From Octopus vulgaris (taxonomy: Eukaryota): a stretch of 64,000 bases of DNA. Shown here in pieces: positions 1-12,156 of the stretch (within the stretch, counting starts at the first letter, position 1; each line of letters opens with the position of its first letter). The position numbers and the translations under genes are program-made. The DNA lies in the NCBI GenBank assembly GCA_951406725.2, contig OX597826.1:1426001-1490000 (forward strand), in the 5' to 3' direction. A model generated the notes under the pieces. That model was not told the origin of the DNA. It did not search any database and saw only the letters and a list, made by a program, of their open reading frames with translations.

Positions 1-365
1 CGAGCACTCAGCGTAAATGTCCGCCAAGGCAACACCAACATCCTCTCAATGATTAGCCAGAGATGATTTTTAAAATGAGAATTTATGAAATAAACTAGAT
101 TGCTCCCAAGAATGAGAATACTAAAAGTGCACCTGGCCACTCTCAAAAATAAAGTGAAAATACGGGAAAAATAATCCAGAATACTTGTCCAGTACCAGAT
201 CGATCCCAAAATCTAACCAGTTTGTGCCAGTCAAGAGGCCAAACACCCCCTGAAAGTTTCATCCAAATCCATCCAGTGGATCTTGAGATATCTTGTCCAT
301 GGACAAACAAACAAACAAACACAACTGAAAACAATACCTCTGCCTTCGCTAAGGCAGAGGTAATA
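1..365 (-). mobile_element. Helentron-associated/DINE-1-like non-autonomous element (HINE type)
   Basis: Terminal stem-loop TACCTCTGCCTT-cgct-AAGGCAGAGGTA (336-362), (AAAC)n microsatellite, and a subterminal CCTTGGCGGA...CTGAGTGCT at the other end. Confidence 0.6.
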
Positions 366-792
366 AAGATAAGTTTTCCTCTAGGACAGAATGATAGTCT
401 AATATAACTCTTAACAACTTGGAAGCTGTCGCCTCCTAAGTCTCTGGCACAGGAATAGTGCAAAACAGTTGTCATAGATTGGAACAGTTGTCAATGTTAG
501 TTCTTTGCCACTGTTTTTGTATTAACTTTCAAAATGATAGAAATAAGTTTTGAAATCTTTTAACTGGCAAAACCCAAAAGTATAGATTTAATGAATTCAG
601 CTGACTGTAGGAGGAGGGAATGGTGGGAGGTGTCAGGAAAACCTTCAAGTTTTTCTTTTCCTCACTCCCTCCCACTCTCTCCCCTCTCACATATTTTCTC
701 TTCCTTTCATTTACACGCTCATTCTCTCATACATGCTATTGCTCTCTCTCTCTCTCTCTCTTTCAAGCATGTTTTCTGTCATGCATATTTTC

Positions 793-835
<43 letters not shown>

Positions 836-1297
836 TACTAGTGTATATCTGCATTTTGGTGGGTTCATTGCTTTCAGCACCAATCAATGTAAATAACCAG
901 TCAAGTGCAGTAGAAACCAACAACCGTTCATCCTTGATAGAAATGCTTAGTGGCAAGAAGAAATGATAAAAAGCAATCTATATGAGCTTAGGACAGGCTT
1001 AGATGAGCTGGAGTTTGGTATTTGACGGACTTCATCAAGGTTGGTGGTACACACATACAAACACACAGTTTATAGAGAAAGTAAAAAGTTTGCAAAATGG
1101 AATAAATTATTTTGTTAAGAGGAAGAGGATGAGCATAACATTTTGAGCAAGGTGCTTCAATATAGAAAAAGAGCACTTGTAATTTACAGTACCCTGCTTA
1201 AGTATTTATTTAGAGGTGAGAGAGAGAAAGAGGCTTATTCGACTTCAAAAAATTCTATCATATATTTTGATGTGGCTGTGTGATGTATCTGGGCACG

Positions 1298-1333
<36 letters not shown>

Positions 1334-3289
1334 AAGAGAGCAAATTCATTATCATTAAGGATGTATAATAAATATTTGCGACAACCATGTGGTTATTTTT
1401 AGTAATTTGTGTCATGAAATTTAACTTGCCAAACAGTTTAAGTCCCATAAAAACGTGTGCCATGTCCTTCACAGGAAGTAAGAATGAAATAAGTGAAGAA
1501 CTGAAGTCTGGAAACTCCAATTACCGACTAAAACACAGTATAAAAACATCCGTTTATTTTTTGGCCAAAAACTCCTGTGAGAAACTTAACTAGACTGATA
1601 AACAAAAACAATAAATGGAGCCAATGAAAGTTGCATTTTTTGGTGTCCCCTCTGCCTTGGCTATATTTATATAACCATACATATTATGTGGAAAGGGGTC
1701 TGTAGCCACTTCAGCTCTCAGTTTCAACTTGCACATTTATTGGCCTGAATTTTCTATTTCCATGGCTACGACAGGCATGAATCAAGCATATCAAACGAGC
1801 ATGCACATACATGCACTGTTATTACTGTTCACGACCAGAAGTATCCATGTCAGTTATTGATTAGTTTTATCAATTTGACAACAATGACAGAAGAGAAGAG
1901 ACTAAAGACAGAAAAATAAAATCTATTTTTTAGAGTCTCAACTTGTTCTTTATTTTCTTTACTTTTCTTCTTCTTCTTCTTCTTCAGAAAGTTACTTTTT
2001 CAGTCTATCAGGAAATAAGAATGGACTGGGGATTAAATAAACAAGTCTAATTGTATATTTTCCATTTTTATAGTCCTTTCATGATTTCTTTCAATAATTA
2101 GCCAATATTTTTACTTCGGGTTTCTTTAACTTCTGCATTCACCACCATTAACAATTACACTTGTCTTGACCGAGTTATGCAACAAGGAATCACAATCATT
2201 TGGTGTTCGGTGGGGGTGAGGGGTGGAGATGCCTTTCCTGTCACCAAGCCTCACCTGTTTCCAAAAGCAAGGTAGTATTTTCACAGAAGACTGGAATCGA
2301 ACAACATCCCTTGTATGATGATGCTCATTTACATCTTCACCATGATGTCTAGATGAGAGTACATACAAACATCATCATCATTTACGGTCAGGCTGGCATG
2401 CTCTGGGGGTCAGGGTTTCATTTTCTGTCTACTAAATCTACTCACAATGCTTTGGCCAGCCTGGGGTTATAGTAAAGAAAATACCTGCGAAAGGTGCCAT
2501 GCAGTGGGACTGAACCCAAGACCATGTGATTAAAAAGTTTCTTAAATGCATATAGAGAAAAAAATGATGTAATAATTTTAGATGAATACAAGGTTTAATA
2601 AACCCACACAAATATTGCATCTTATTTCACTTCAAATAAAGAGGCGAATTTATATTGTTTCCTTATTGATCTAGAAGTGAAATATAATAGGGACCAGCAG
2701 AGACAATGGAGGCTGAGAAACTGGTTTGTTGACCATCTAGTCACAAGTTCAAACTTTAATAAAACTACCCTGTGTGAGGAGAAGCATTTCATTTTGTCCA
2801 ACTTAAAACAGGTAAGTGGCAAGTGATTTGAAATATTAGTCAACAGTACAAGCAACACAATCCAATAATATCAAGCACAATATTATAGAATGAATAACTT
2901 GAGGAAATGGATGCAGTTACATTGGCTAAGAAGGATTGTGAGAGAAAGCTCTTTGTTATTCTGGAAAAGAGATGAAGCAGAGCGAATTTGGTTGCTAGCA
3001 AGCTAATGTAACTGCTAATCTGAATACATAGCAACAACTTAGTTCATAGATCAAAAGAAATTAGCAACACCATATATAATTGCCTATTCATTAAAATATC
3101 TATTATTGGTAGCAAGGAAGAAATGTAGAACAACCTGAACTAGTTCTTTTCTTTTCTCCTCAAAACTTCCTCCATTCAAAACAAATTCAAAAGATGACCA
3201 ATTTGTTGATCATGTTTGGCACTAAGTAAACTCTGATCAAGCAGACTTATGATGAAAGGCATTCCAACCATGACCATCATCGAAATTCT

Positions 3290-3675
3290 TTTAGTTGTTT
3301 CAGTCATTTGACTGCAGCCATGCTACAGCACTGCCTTAAAGAGATTTTTTAGTCAAAGAAATTGCACCCCCCCCTGGACTTATTCTTTGTAAGCCTACTA
3401 CTTATTCTATTGGCCTCTTTTGCCAAACCACTAAGTTATGGGGTCATAAGCACACCAACACCAGTTGTCAAACAGTGATGGTGGGGGGACAAACACAGAC
3501 ACACACATAAATATATACACATACATTGAGCTTCTTTCAGTTTCCGTCTACCAAATCCCCTCACAAGGCTTTGGTTGGCCTGAGGCTATAGAAGACACTT
3601 GCCCAATGTGCTATGCAGTGGGACTGAACCTGGAATCATGTGGTTGGGAAGCTACTTTCACAGCCACGCCTGCAC
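3290..3675 (-). mobile_element. tRNA-derived SINE, family A (full length)
   Basis: Reverse complement of the 4158-4550 copy: A/B-box head, internal (TA/CA)n and the same 3' tail. Confidence 0.85.
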
Positions 3676-4039
3676 ATATCTACTAGAAAACACTATTCAA
3701 AGCAACCTATTTTAAGATGGCCAGGGTGTCATTGGAGAGAATATTTGGCAGCTACTTATAGCAGGTCAAGTGACCATGATAAAGCTCACTCATCGGGTCA
3801 TTTGGTCCTTGCTGTACTATTGAGCAACAGTAGTTAACTATGGCACAAGAGGAGCTAACTGAAGATAAACTACCAATAGATTTATTGGTAGTCTAATTAC
3901 AGCTGCATCATCTTTATTGTAAAAACAAAGCTGTTGTTAATTATATAATCCATATTTAAGGAAATTTCACTAGAATATTCAGAGGCTAACCTTCAATTTA
4001 ATATGTAAAACCGTCTCCATTTTCATATTTAACGTTTAA

Positions 4040-4631
4040 CCCTTTAGCATTTAAACCAGTCGTATCCAGCCAAAATATTCTACCTATTTTATGTTCAAAC
4101 TAGCCAGAGTTGACCCCTTGCAACTACCCTACAATGTCATTCAAAAAATAAACAATCAGGCGCAGGAGTGGCTGTGTGGTAAGTAGCTTGCTTACCAACC
4201 ACATGGTTCTAGGTTCAGTCCCACTGCGTGGCACCTTGGACAAGTGTCTTCTACTACAGCTTCGGGCTGACCAAAGCCTAGTGAGTGGATTTGGTAGACA
4301 GAAACTGAAAGAGGCCCATTGTATATATGTATATATATGTGTGTGTGTGTGTGTATCTGTGCTTGTCCCCACAACATCGCTTACCAACCGATGCTGGCAT
4401 GTTTGCATCCCTGTAACTTAGTAGTTCGGCAAAAGAGACTGATAAAATAAGTACTAGGCTTACAAAGAATAAGTCCTGGAGTCGATTTGTCCAACTAAAG
4501 GCAGTGCTCCAACACGGCCGCAGTCAAATGACTGAAACAAGGAAAAGAGAATCACATCATTGAAATTTCAAAGCCATGAGATGGTACGTGATTAATTCGT
4601 AACGATGACAGAGTAATCTGAATGCTAAGGG
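4040..4631. mobile_element. TTAA-flanked (piggyBac-type) MITE interrupted by a SINE A
   Basis: TTAA-CCCTTTAGCATT ... AATGCTAAGGG-TTAG ends; homologous copies at 9503-9649, ~23400-23685, ~30430-30974 and ~58317-58895. Confidence 0.7.
4158..4550 (+). mobile_element. tRNA-derived SINE, family A (reference full-length copy; about 20 copies or fragments in the window)
   Basis: Head GGCGCAGGAGTGGCTGTGTGGT (A box) ... GGTTCAGTCCC (B box), CCTTGG(A/G)CAAG core, central microsatellite, tail ...CAAATGACTGAAACAAG; short AATCA target duplication. Confidence 0.9.
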
Positions 4632-5194
4632 TTAGCATCATGTCCTATATTACTATCATCATTTCTAACATAAGTTTACCATGCTGGCATTGGTTGCACT
4701 GGTTTCACTCACTGCTTGCAGATGGTTCTTCATCATATAATCCAGTAACAGAGAAAACTAGCCATCATTGTTATGTGAATGTCATGTTTTTGACATGGTT
4801 TTTACGGACAGTCACTTCCATCAACAATGTCATGTTATTTTCGAATTTATTCTACAGATGTTGTGAATATTGGGATAAAATTACTTGCAAAAAAAAAAAA
4901 AAAAAAAAAATCAAGTCACCAATAAAAATGAAACATTCAAATTATATTTAAGTGGTGACACTGCTGAAGATGACAGTAGTTTATCATAATATGCTGACCA
5001 ATTATTTGAAACATGCTAAAAGTTAACACAGGAAGATTAACATCAGCTGCTCTGTTTCAAGGATCTAATGTTTAGCAAATTTATTAAGAAAATATCTGCA
5101 GAACTATATCTCCCTACAATCAGCAGTGACTGAACATATTTTAGTGTTGGTCTGGAGGCAGGGGCTGTGGCCAGTGCCTTCATTGTTAGTTCAA

Positions 5195-5700
5195 CAAGGT
5201 TTGTCTTGAATAGTTGCAAATTGAGGGCCGCCAGAAAAATGTTGGCAGAGAGGGGATTCCAGGAACCTGATATTCTGGAGAAAAGAGAGAGAAAATAATG
5301 GCTAAAAAAGAGATGGGGGGGCATGGACATAACATGGTTGACAAAGACGAAAAGTAGGAAGTGCCTCAATAAAGTGCACAAAATCAACCAGTGTTAGTTC
5401 TGGAAAGAGAAGGCTACCATAGTTGTAGAAGGAAAGTGAAGAGACTGCATGTTTGTGGGTCAGAGATTGCAGTGTGTGGGTGAGAGGCTTTGTCCCAAAC
5501 TGTTGGGTGGTTTCTTTTGGCTATAATATCTTTATGCTTAGCAGAAGCACCGTTCCAGATGTGGGAGAAGCACTTCATTCTGGGCCTCACTCAAGCTTCG
5601 TAGAGCTAAATAATTCTTTAGATAACAAGAATTTTCTATCCCTGAAGAGAATGGCTTTGTCTGTGATAGATGCCTTCTGATTAGAGGCTGTTTGATGGCA
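5195..5700 (-). mobile_element. Degraded CR1/L2-group LINE, 3' end of the RT ORF
   Basis: Frameshifted translation gives 'LYEA*VRPRMKCFSHIWNGASAKH', 'LTHTLQSLTHKHAVSSL' and 'WNPLSANIF..LNLQLFK', typical of the LINE ORF2 C-terminus; a related remnant lies at ~27670-27960. Confidence 0.7.
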
Positions 5701-6661
5701 ACCCAATCACAGGTTCTTAGATATTCTGAGAAAGTTACTACAAAAAGGAAGAGACAATACTATGAACTTGCATGAATATGTCAAACAGTTTTCCTAAAAC
5801 ATACTATGACTATGTCGTTAAGAAGATTGTAATAAATGTCCTATTTATAGTAAACTATTTTAACTGACAGATATTAGTGAGTTTTGGAAAAGTACAGTAA
5901 ATAAACCACACAACCGGATACATTTTACCAAAATATATCTTTAAAAAATTATCAAAGCGTAACGCAAGAAAATATGCCAAGTCAAACAGCAACCAACACA
6001 AGAAATTATAGGTGAATGTCATGTCTGTACTGGTTACATTGTTTTAGTTAGCTGTAGCTTATCAGAATAAGTACTAAAATGGTTTAGATAAAATCCCAAA
6101 AGACATGGCCTGTCTTGTCACTTTTCAAAAGAGGATCTACAAAACTGAAATGCCGTCTGGAAAACAAACAAACTATTGCTTCAGCGCAAAGAATATGAAT
6201 TGGAGACAGCCATTTGACTAAACAGAATCCCCAAAGACAAACCAAGTCTTTTGGGAGTTTACCTAAATCCTTTTGTTAGGTAGTATTTAATATCAGCTGA
6301 TACTTGGATAAGCTACATTTAACTGAAAGAATGTTGATCAGTAAATCTGAGAGGACATTCATTCGGTTGGAATTGTGAAAACTGACTGATGGCATAAATC
6401 TCAGAAGCCCCAGCAGAGATAGTAAGAATTGCCATTAGAAGGAGAAGATTCTCCATGAGATAATGCTGATTACATAGACATATCTACTTCATGCTAACTT
6501 GAAAAAGTGGATGGTAAATTTAAAACGACAATGGTGATGTTGCTAAATTTTATTAGTTCAAAAATTTTTGTAATCAACTTTTTTTGATTCAAGATTTCCT
6601 TGAAGATGTTTGATTTGGGGATATACAACAATAGAAAGTTATGTTTTTTTAAAATACTTAC

Positions 6662-6772
6662 TTTAATATCATTATTTTCCTTATCAATGTAGGTAAGGCC
6701 AAAGTAATCCTTTTCAAGAAGATTCAGTTGATCACATACTTTATTAAACAACTCCTGGCCTGAACCGTTTTT
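6662..6772 (-). CDS. EPB41: Coding exon of the protein 4.1/coracle-like gene, FERM F1 lobe
   Basis: ttcttcttcag|AAA...AAA|gtaagt; 111 nt, phase 0-0: [37 protein letters not shown]. Closely resembles the 4.1-family '[22 protein letters not shown]' segment, and the exon limits match those I recall for vertebrate EPB41 genes. Confidence 0.95.
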
Positions 6773-6884
6773 CTGAAGAAGAAGAAAAAAAAAAGAAACA
6801 GATAAATTAATAAATTAAAAGCAAAAATATTATAAAAAAAGATCCAAACAATATACACAAAAGATTATATTTATAAAGAACTGG

Positions 6885-7040
6885 TGATGGTGCTATGTAA
6901 AAAGCACCCAGCACACTCTGTAAAGTGGTTGGCATTAGGAAGGGCATCCAGCTGTAGAAAGCATGCTACCTAATGCAGCTCCTGTCAAACTGTACAACCC
7001 ATGCCAGCATGGAAAATGGATGTTACAGGGTGATGATGAA
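6885..7040 (+). mobile_element. Retroposon family C, 3' fragment
   Basis: GGTTGGCATTAGGAAGGGCATCCAGC ... CAACCCATGCCAGCATGGAAA ... (TGA)n tail. Confidence 0.75.
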
Positions 7041-8274
7041 AGATACCCCAATTGGTGTTAGATGTTCACATCAGTCATCACACACAATATCATGCTTGTC
7101 AAAAACCAAAGCTCTGGATCCAATGGTAATTTTTAGTAAAAAGATCAAAGACTAGTTTGTTGTCACTGTCTCCAAGATCATCGGCAAAATAAAACTGAGC
7201 AATGTAAGCAAACGAGACATTTATTTGTGGTGTTCTTGCTTTTTATGCCTCATATATATCCACTCATTGTATCCTATTTACAATGTGTTGGACTGTAACA
7301 GTGAGAGTCAAGTGACTTGATTAAGGACATAGAGCTGTGACAGTGACAAGAAAAGAACCAAGGTTGGCATTCTTGTCACTAGAATTCATTGATCTTTTTT
7401 TATTTGTATGTATGAATGGTGGAAAAAATATAATAAATAAAAGAAATAACCCCAATCTGCATAGTCAACTGGACTTAATTGGTGTTTCTCTGTTACTAAA
7501 ACAGTAGGGGACTGCATTTATGACTAATGTTGAAAACAATGTGAGGAAGACAAAATAGCATTGAGATTAAGAAAACTATTAGCAGAAACTAGAATAATAG
7601 TTATTAAGTCATCAAATTGTTTTGCTGATCTGATTGCACAGACAAATAACACTTAAGGTAGGTGAATAACTAGACAGGTAGATAACCAGTTTTACTGTAC
7701 AGAAGAAAGTGGTACCCAAGAAAATTAGAAGTTACAATAAGAATGATAAATAAATTTCTCAACATCCAACTCACCAGTTTAAAATTTCACTAAACTACAA
7801 CCATGTAAGTAAAGCATGCTACTTTGTGTGTCTGACTGAATATAGATACTACTTCAATTTTACAGTTGAACAGTTACCAATAGTAGAAAGCACAATGAAC
7901 TAGCAAAACATAAATGGTGTTAACAATTTATGTGGAAATATTTAAAATATATGAAAACCATGCCAACGAGCACCCAGAGAAAGGATTATAAAAATGTAAG
8001 AAACTTCCAAGAAAAATAAAGTAATTAAATCCAGAAGTCTTTTACTCTTTTACCCGTTTCAGTCGTTTGACTGTGGCTATGCTGGAGCGCCACCTTAAGT
8101 GGTTTTTACTCAAGGAAATTGACCCCAAGACTTATTCTATCAGTCTCTTTTACCAAACTGCTAAATTACAGGGATGTAAACACACCAACATCAGTTGTCA
8201 AGCGATGGTGGGTGGACAAGCATAGACACAAAGACACTCACACAGCCATGCCTGTGCCTATATTGGTAGCAAGA

Positions 8275-8507
8275 AAGGCGGCGAGGAGCTGGCAAAAATG
8301 TTAGCACACCAGGTGAAATGCGTAGCCGTATTTCATCTGCCATTACATTCTGAGTTCAAATTCTACCGAGGTCGACTTTGCCTTTCATCCTTTCGGGGTC
8401 GATAAATTAAGTACCAGTTCACTGGGGTCAATGTAACCAACTTAATCCGTTTGTCTGTCCCTGTTTGTCCCCTCTGTGTTTAGCCCCTTGTGGGTAGTAA
8501 AGAAATA
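8275..8507 (+). mobile_element. SINE family B with perfect 16-bp target-site duplication
   Basis: TSD TATATTGGTAGCAAGA at 8259-8274 and 8508-8523; B-box-like GAGTTCAAATT; core GTCGACTTTGCCTTTCATCCTTTCGGGGTCGATAAA. Confidence 0.9.
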
Positions 8508-8984
8508 TATATTGGTAGCAAGATATTAAATTAGGTCTTTTTTTTTTTTTTATTTATAATTAAATTTACAATAAGAAATTGCAACTATGTAACGAAGATT
8601 ACAGACTGACAACAAAAAGTTTTTCACAGCCAGCTCTCTCTTGGAAACTATACAAAATCATGAAGCCTAGGTTAGTAATCTTGGGTAGTATACACATACA
8701 TTTATTGTGCCTACCTGTTTCTGGTATAAGCAAACAGAGAACATTCATTTATACACATGTGCAAAATTGTGTACCTTAGGGAGACGAATAGTAACTAAGG
8801 AATTGAAATTATAGTTAATGCTTTTCTTAATGAACTCATTAATGATTCATTAGTTTTCAATGTGTTTCAGGTGCTTTGTTGTATCCCCTAATTAAAAAAA
8901 AATTCTACACTACCACAGTTTATTCAGCTGGAAAATACCATTTTCATAGAAAGAACTCCCTATAATAAATTAGGGTAATGGGTA

Positions 8985-9327
8985 AACAGCCACTTTGGTT
9001 ATGAATGACCATGGGATTGCAACTAGAAAGTTACCCTACCGAGGCACAAGTCTGGGCGAGGTTGTTTATGGAAGACCAGCAGTCACCCATGCATACCAGT
9101 CTTCTTCCCTCTCCATGCCACTGATGTTCTCCAAGGGAAAGGCAAAGGGGCCGATACAACTTGGCACCAGCGATGACGTCACAACTCATTTCTTCAGCTG
9201 AGTGAACTGGAACAACGTGAAATAAACTGTCTTATTGAAGAACCCAACATACAGCCCAGTGCAGGAATCGAACTCACTACCTCATGAGTGTTATCCTGAT
9301 GCTCTAACCACTGAGCCATGCATCTTC
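8985..9327 (-). mobile_element. tRNA-derived SINE, family D head with a distinct tail
   Basis: TGGCTCAGTGGTTAGAGC A box, GAGTTCGATTCC B box; central domain shared with the 62056-62376 copy. Confidence 0.75.
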
Positions 9328-9502
9328 ACATAATAAATTATTGCTCTATTAATGAGGAGGATTGCTTCCTCATCTACTTAACGTTGTTGAAACTAGAGTT
9401 AAACAATTGTGTTGTGGCTGTGACAACAACAACAACAACAACATTATTCCAAGTGCAATATACTTCATCTCAAGTATCCAGACTTCAAAAACAAACTGTT
9501 AA

Positions 9503-9649
9503 CCCTTTGGCCTTCAAATTACTGTCAAACATGATACTTATTTTTAGAATGATATTACAGGGTAGGGGTGGCAGGCTGGATCTGGCCAGTTTTAATATAA
9601 AGCAAGTTGAATATTTGAGCTGGATAGGACCGGTTTAAATCCTAAAGGG
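9503..9649. mobile_element. TTAA-flanked MITE (short copy)
   Basis: TTAA-CCCTTTGG ... CCTAAAGGG-TTAA. Confidence 0.75.
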
Positions 9650-10298
9650 TTAATAATTACATAACCCTGCATTTTCACAAGAAAAAAAAAAACAAAAAAA
9701 AAACGAGGGATCAATTTTTTATAAACACAGGTCGTTATTTAGCCCCAAGACATCCCTGACCAAGATCTTTAATCAAAGGTATTTTAGACACGATCATCCA
9801 GTCTTCTTTTTAAAATGTTTTTCTTCCTCCCAGACACAGTGTCATTATGTATTTTATTTTTGAATGAGCAGGATGTGACTAAGATTTAACTGGTATTTCT
9901 GCTACATTGATGGACCATCTAAAGGCTTTTGACATAAGCAACTTGAATACAACTGCATTTTTAAAAAAAACTTTTAAAAAACTTTTTACAAATATATTTG
10001 ATTGTTATAGAAATAAACGACGTGCCAACAAATTATTAGAGAAGGCATTTCACAACTTTCTTGTGTTCTGAATCTAAAAATTGACATGGCATTTATATTC
10101 TGGCATTTAAAACAACAATCATTGAAATTTAATAATAGAATCTACCTTAAAACCTGACATCAGATCATATGTTAATTGTAAAGTTTGAGGCAGGGAGATA
10201 TTCTACGCTGTCATAAACTGGGAATTCTGTGATTGTTTCATTTGCCCAATGTAGCAGCCAAATTTCCCTCAATAAACTTCCTACATGAAGCTACTTAA

Positions 10299-11761
10299 CC
10301 CTTTCGTTACTATATTTCTGACCAAAATACACCCCTCATGAGTTTCAATTAAATTCTAAAATAATCATGAATTTAGGCTTGTTTCATTAAATAACTGTAA
10401 CTTTTTTACTTATCAACATTTTAATGTGATATTTGGAACATAATTAAAGGAAGGGTTCTTAATCAATTCTATTGCATAACTTTTGACTCAAAGTGACTTT
10501 AATTACAGGTAAATCCAGGTAAATTGAGCAAAAGGTAAAAATATTAAAATTTTAAATTGAGCAAAAGGTAAAAAATAAAAATTTTGTTTAAACATCACTA
10601 TAGAAAATGAATCATCAGCTAATATTCAAATGGGTATGCAACAAAATTTTGATAAAGAAGAATTGTGCACATCAGTTGAATTTAATGCACAACAGGTGTA
10701 CCATAAAGGTGGAATAAACTGAAATATTGGAATCCACCGTAAGTTTGACCGAACTAAAGAAATCGGTCAAAAAATAATATACGGCCCTGGTAATGGTATG
10801 GAAGTGATAAATTCCAGACCACATCGTTCCCTAGGCCATGCTGACTAATATTATTTTCCCTGTATAAAAACTAAATCCACGCAGTACCCAGTAATTTGCT
10901 TCACAAATTTCCCAAACTTTGAACCCCGATTTTGGGTTTGTTTACAATCTGCGTAAGTGCGTTTCCACATTGATCGCTTCAAACAATAACTTCCAGACCA
11001 CATCGTACCCTAAGCCATGCTAACTAACATTAGTTTCCCTGTATAAAAACTAAATCCACAACAGTACCCAGTAATTTGCTTCACAAATTTCCCAAACTTT
11101 GAACCCCGATTTTGGGTTTGTTTACAATCTGCGTAAGTTTGTTTCCACATTGATCGCTTCAAACTAGCATACTGAAAAAAATAAAAGTCTAATGGTTTCA
11201 CTTCCTAAGAAAGGCTATAGATAAACTTTATCTCCTCAGAAAAATTGCTAATAAAAACATTTAAAAAGTTTTTTTACTTCATTCCGATGTAAAATCGTCT
11301 TCGCTGTCGCCTTCGCCGCTTTGTTTCTTCGGAAGGCGCTGCTTTCATTTTCGGATAAAAAAATATTCATTATTTTGTACACCACGTGCTTTAGTACCTA
11401 TTTCATTCTTTTTCTCGATATCTCCCTATTTTCCGTTGACAAAGCTTTAAATTCGGAATCAATGCTTGATAACATGAAACTCCTATCCATTTTCAAAGTT
11501 GAAGAAAAATCGATGCCGTAAAACATGTGGAAAAAAATCTCCCAAAATTCACTGAGTTGAGATATCACTTCAAGCAATGTCGGATACTATAACTTAACTA
11601 TTTACAATGTGAAATCACATGCTTTAACGAATGTACCAACGAGATTTGGGTTCAAATTTACATTTAAATAACAATGGGTTCTAACGGCCGGGTATGGCCG
11701 GGTTGGTACTTTGAACCAAAAAATTGTTCGGCCGGCTACGGCCGGGTTAGTAACGAAAGGG
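10299..11761 (-). mobile_element. Internally deleted piggyBac DNA transposon with transposase remnants
   Basis: TTAA TSDs (10295-98, 11762-65); perfect 14-bp TIR CCCTTTCGTTACTA; minus-strand peptides 'GFKVWEICEA', 'TGYCCGFSFYTGK' and 'HGLGNDVVWNLSLPYHYQGRILFFDRFFSSVKL' match piggyBac DDD-domain motifs. Confidence 0.92.
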
Positions 11762-12018
11762 TTAAATAATTCTACAACATCAGATCAAAAAGTTTTATAA
11801 GACATTCTTATAAGTTACCTCCTGTGATTTGTGTATTTATTTTGATATCCCATTCAGTCATGTGTAACCTCATGTATTCTCATCTAAAATGGAGACGAGT
11901 ACCAACACTTCCATGAGGCATGGTTGAACAATTGTGAAGATCACTTCACATAAAATCACCGGTTGCCTTATTAACCCACAAATAAAGTGTGTATATATAT
12001 ATATATTCAATATATATA

Positions 12019-12156
12019 CTGTATTTTAATGTGTATAAGGAACCCTTTTTGTCAAAAATTAGGTTAAAAAATATAGTACTACAATCCCTTACAAAACCTT
12101 TTTCCAAATTTAAAGCCCCCCAAATTAGGGGGTTCCTTATATACGTTAAAATATGG
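12019..12156. mobile_element. 138-bp TA-flanked MITE (pogo/Tc2-like TIR)
   Basis: TA-CTGTATTTTAATGTGTATAAGGAACC ... GGTTCCTTATATACGTTAAAATATGG-TA inverted ends. Confidence 0.8.

Noticed and set aside
4158-4235. tRNA genes
   Set aside because: A/B-box sequences here and at the other SINE heads continue into SINE bodies, and no complete cloverleaf is evident.
1-6600. Next FERM exon (expected 'WL..K.I.KQ')
   Set aside because: No matching AG/GT-bounded segment found by eye; it probably lies beyond the window start.
6494-6751. 85-aa ORF as a standalone gene
   Set aside because: It is the FERM exon read through its GTAAGT donor into intron; the listed start is a TTG within the exon.
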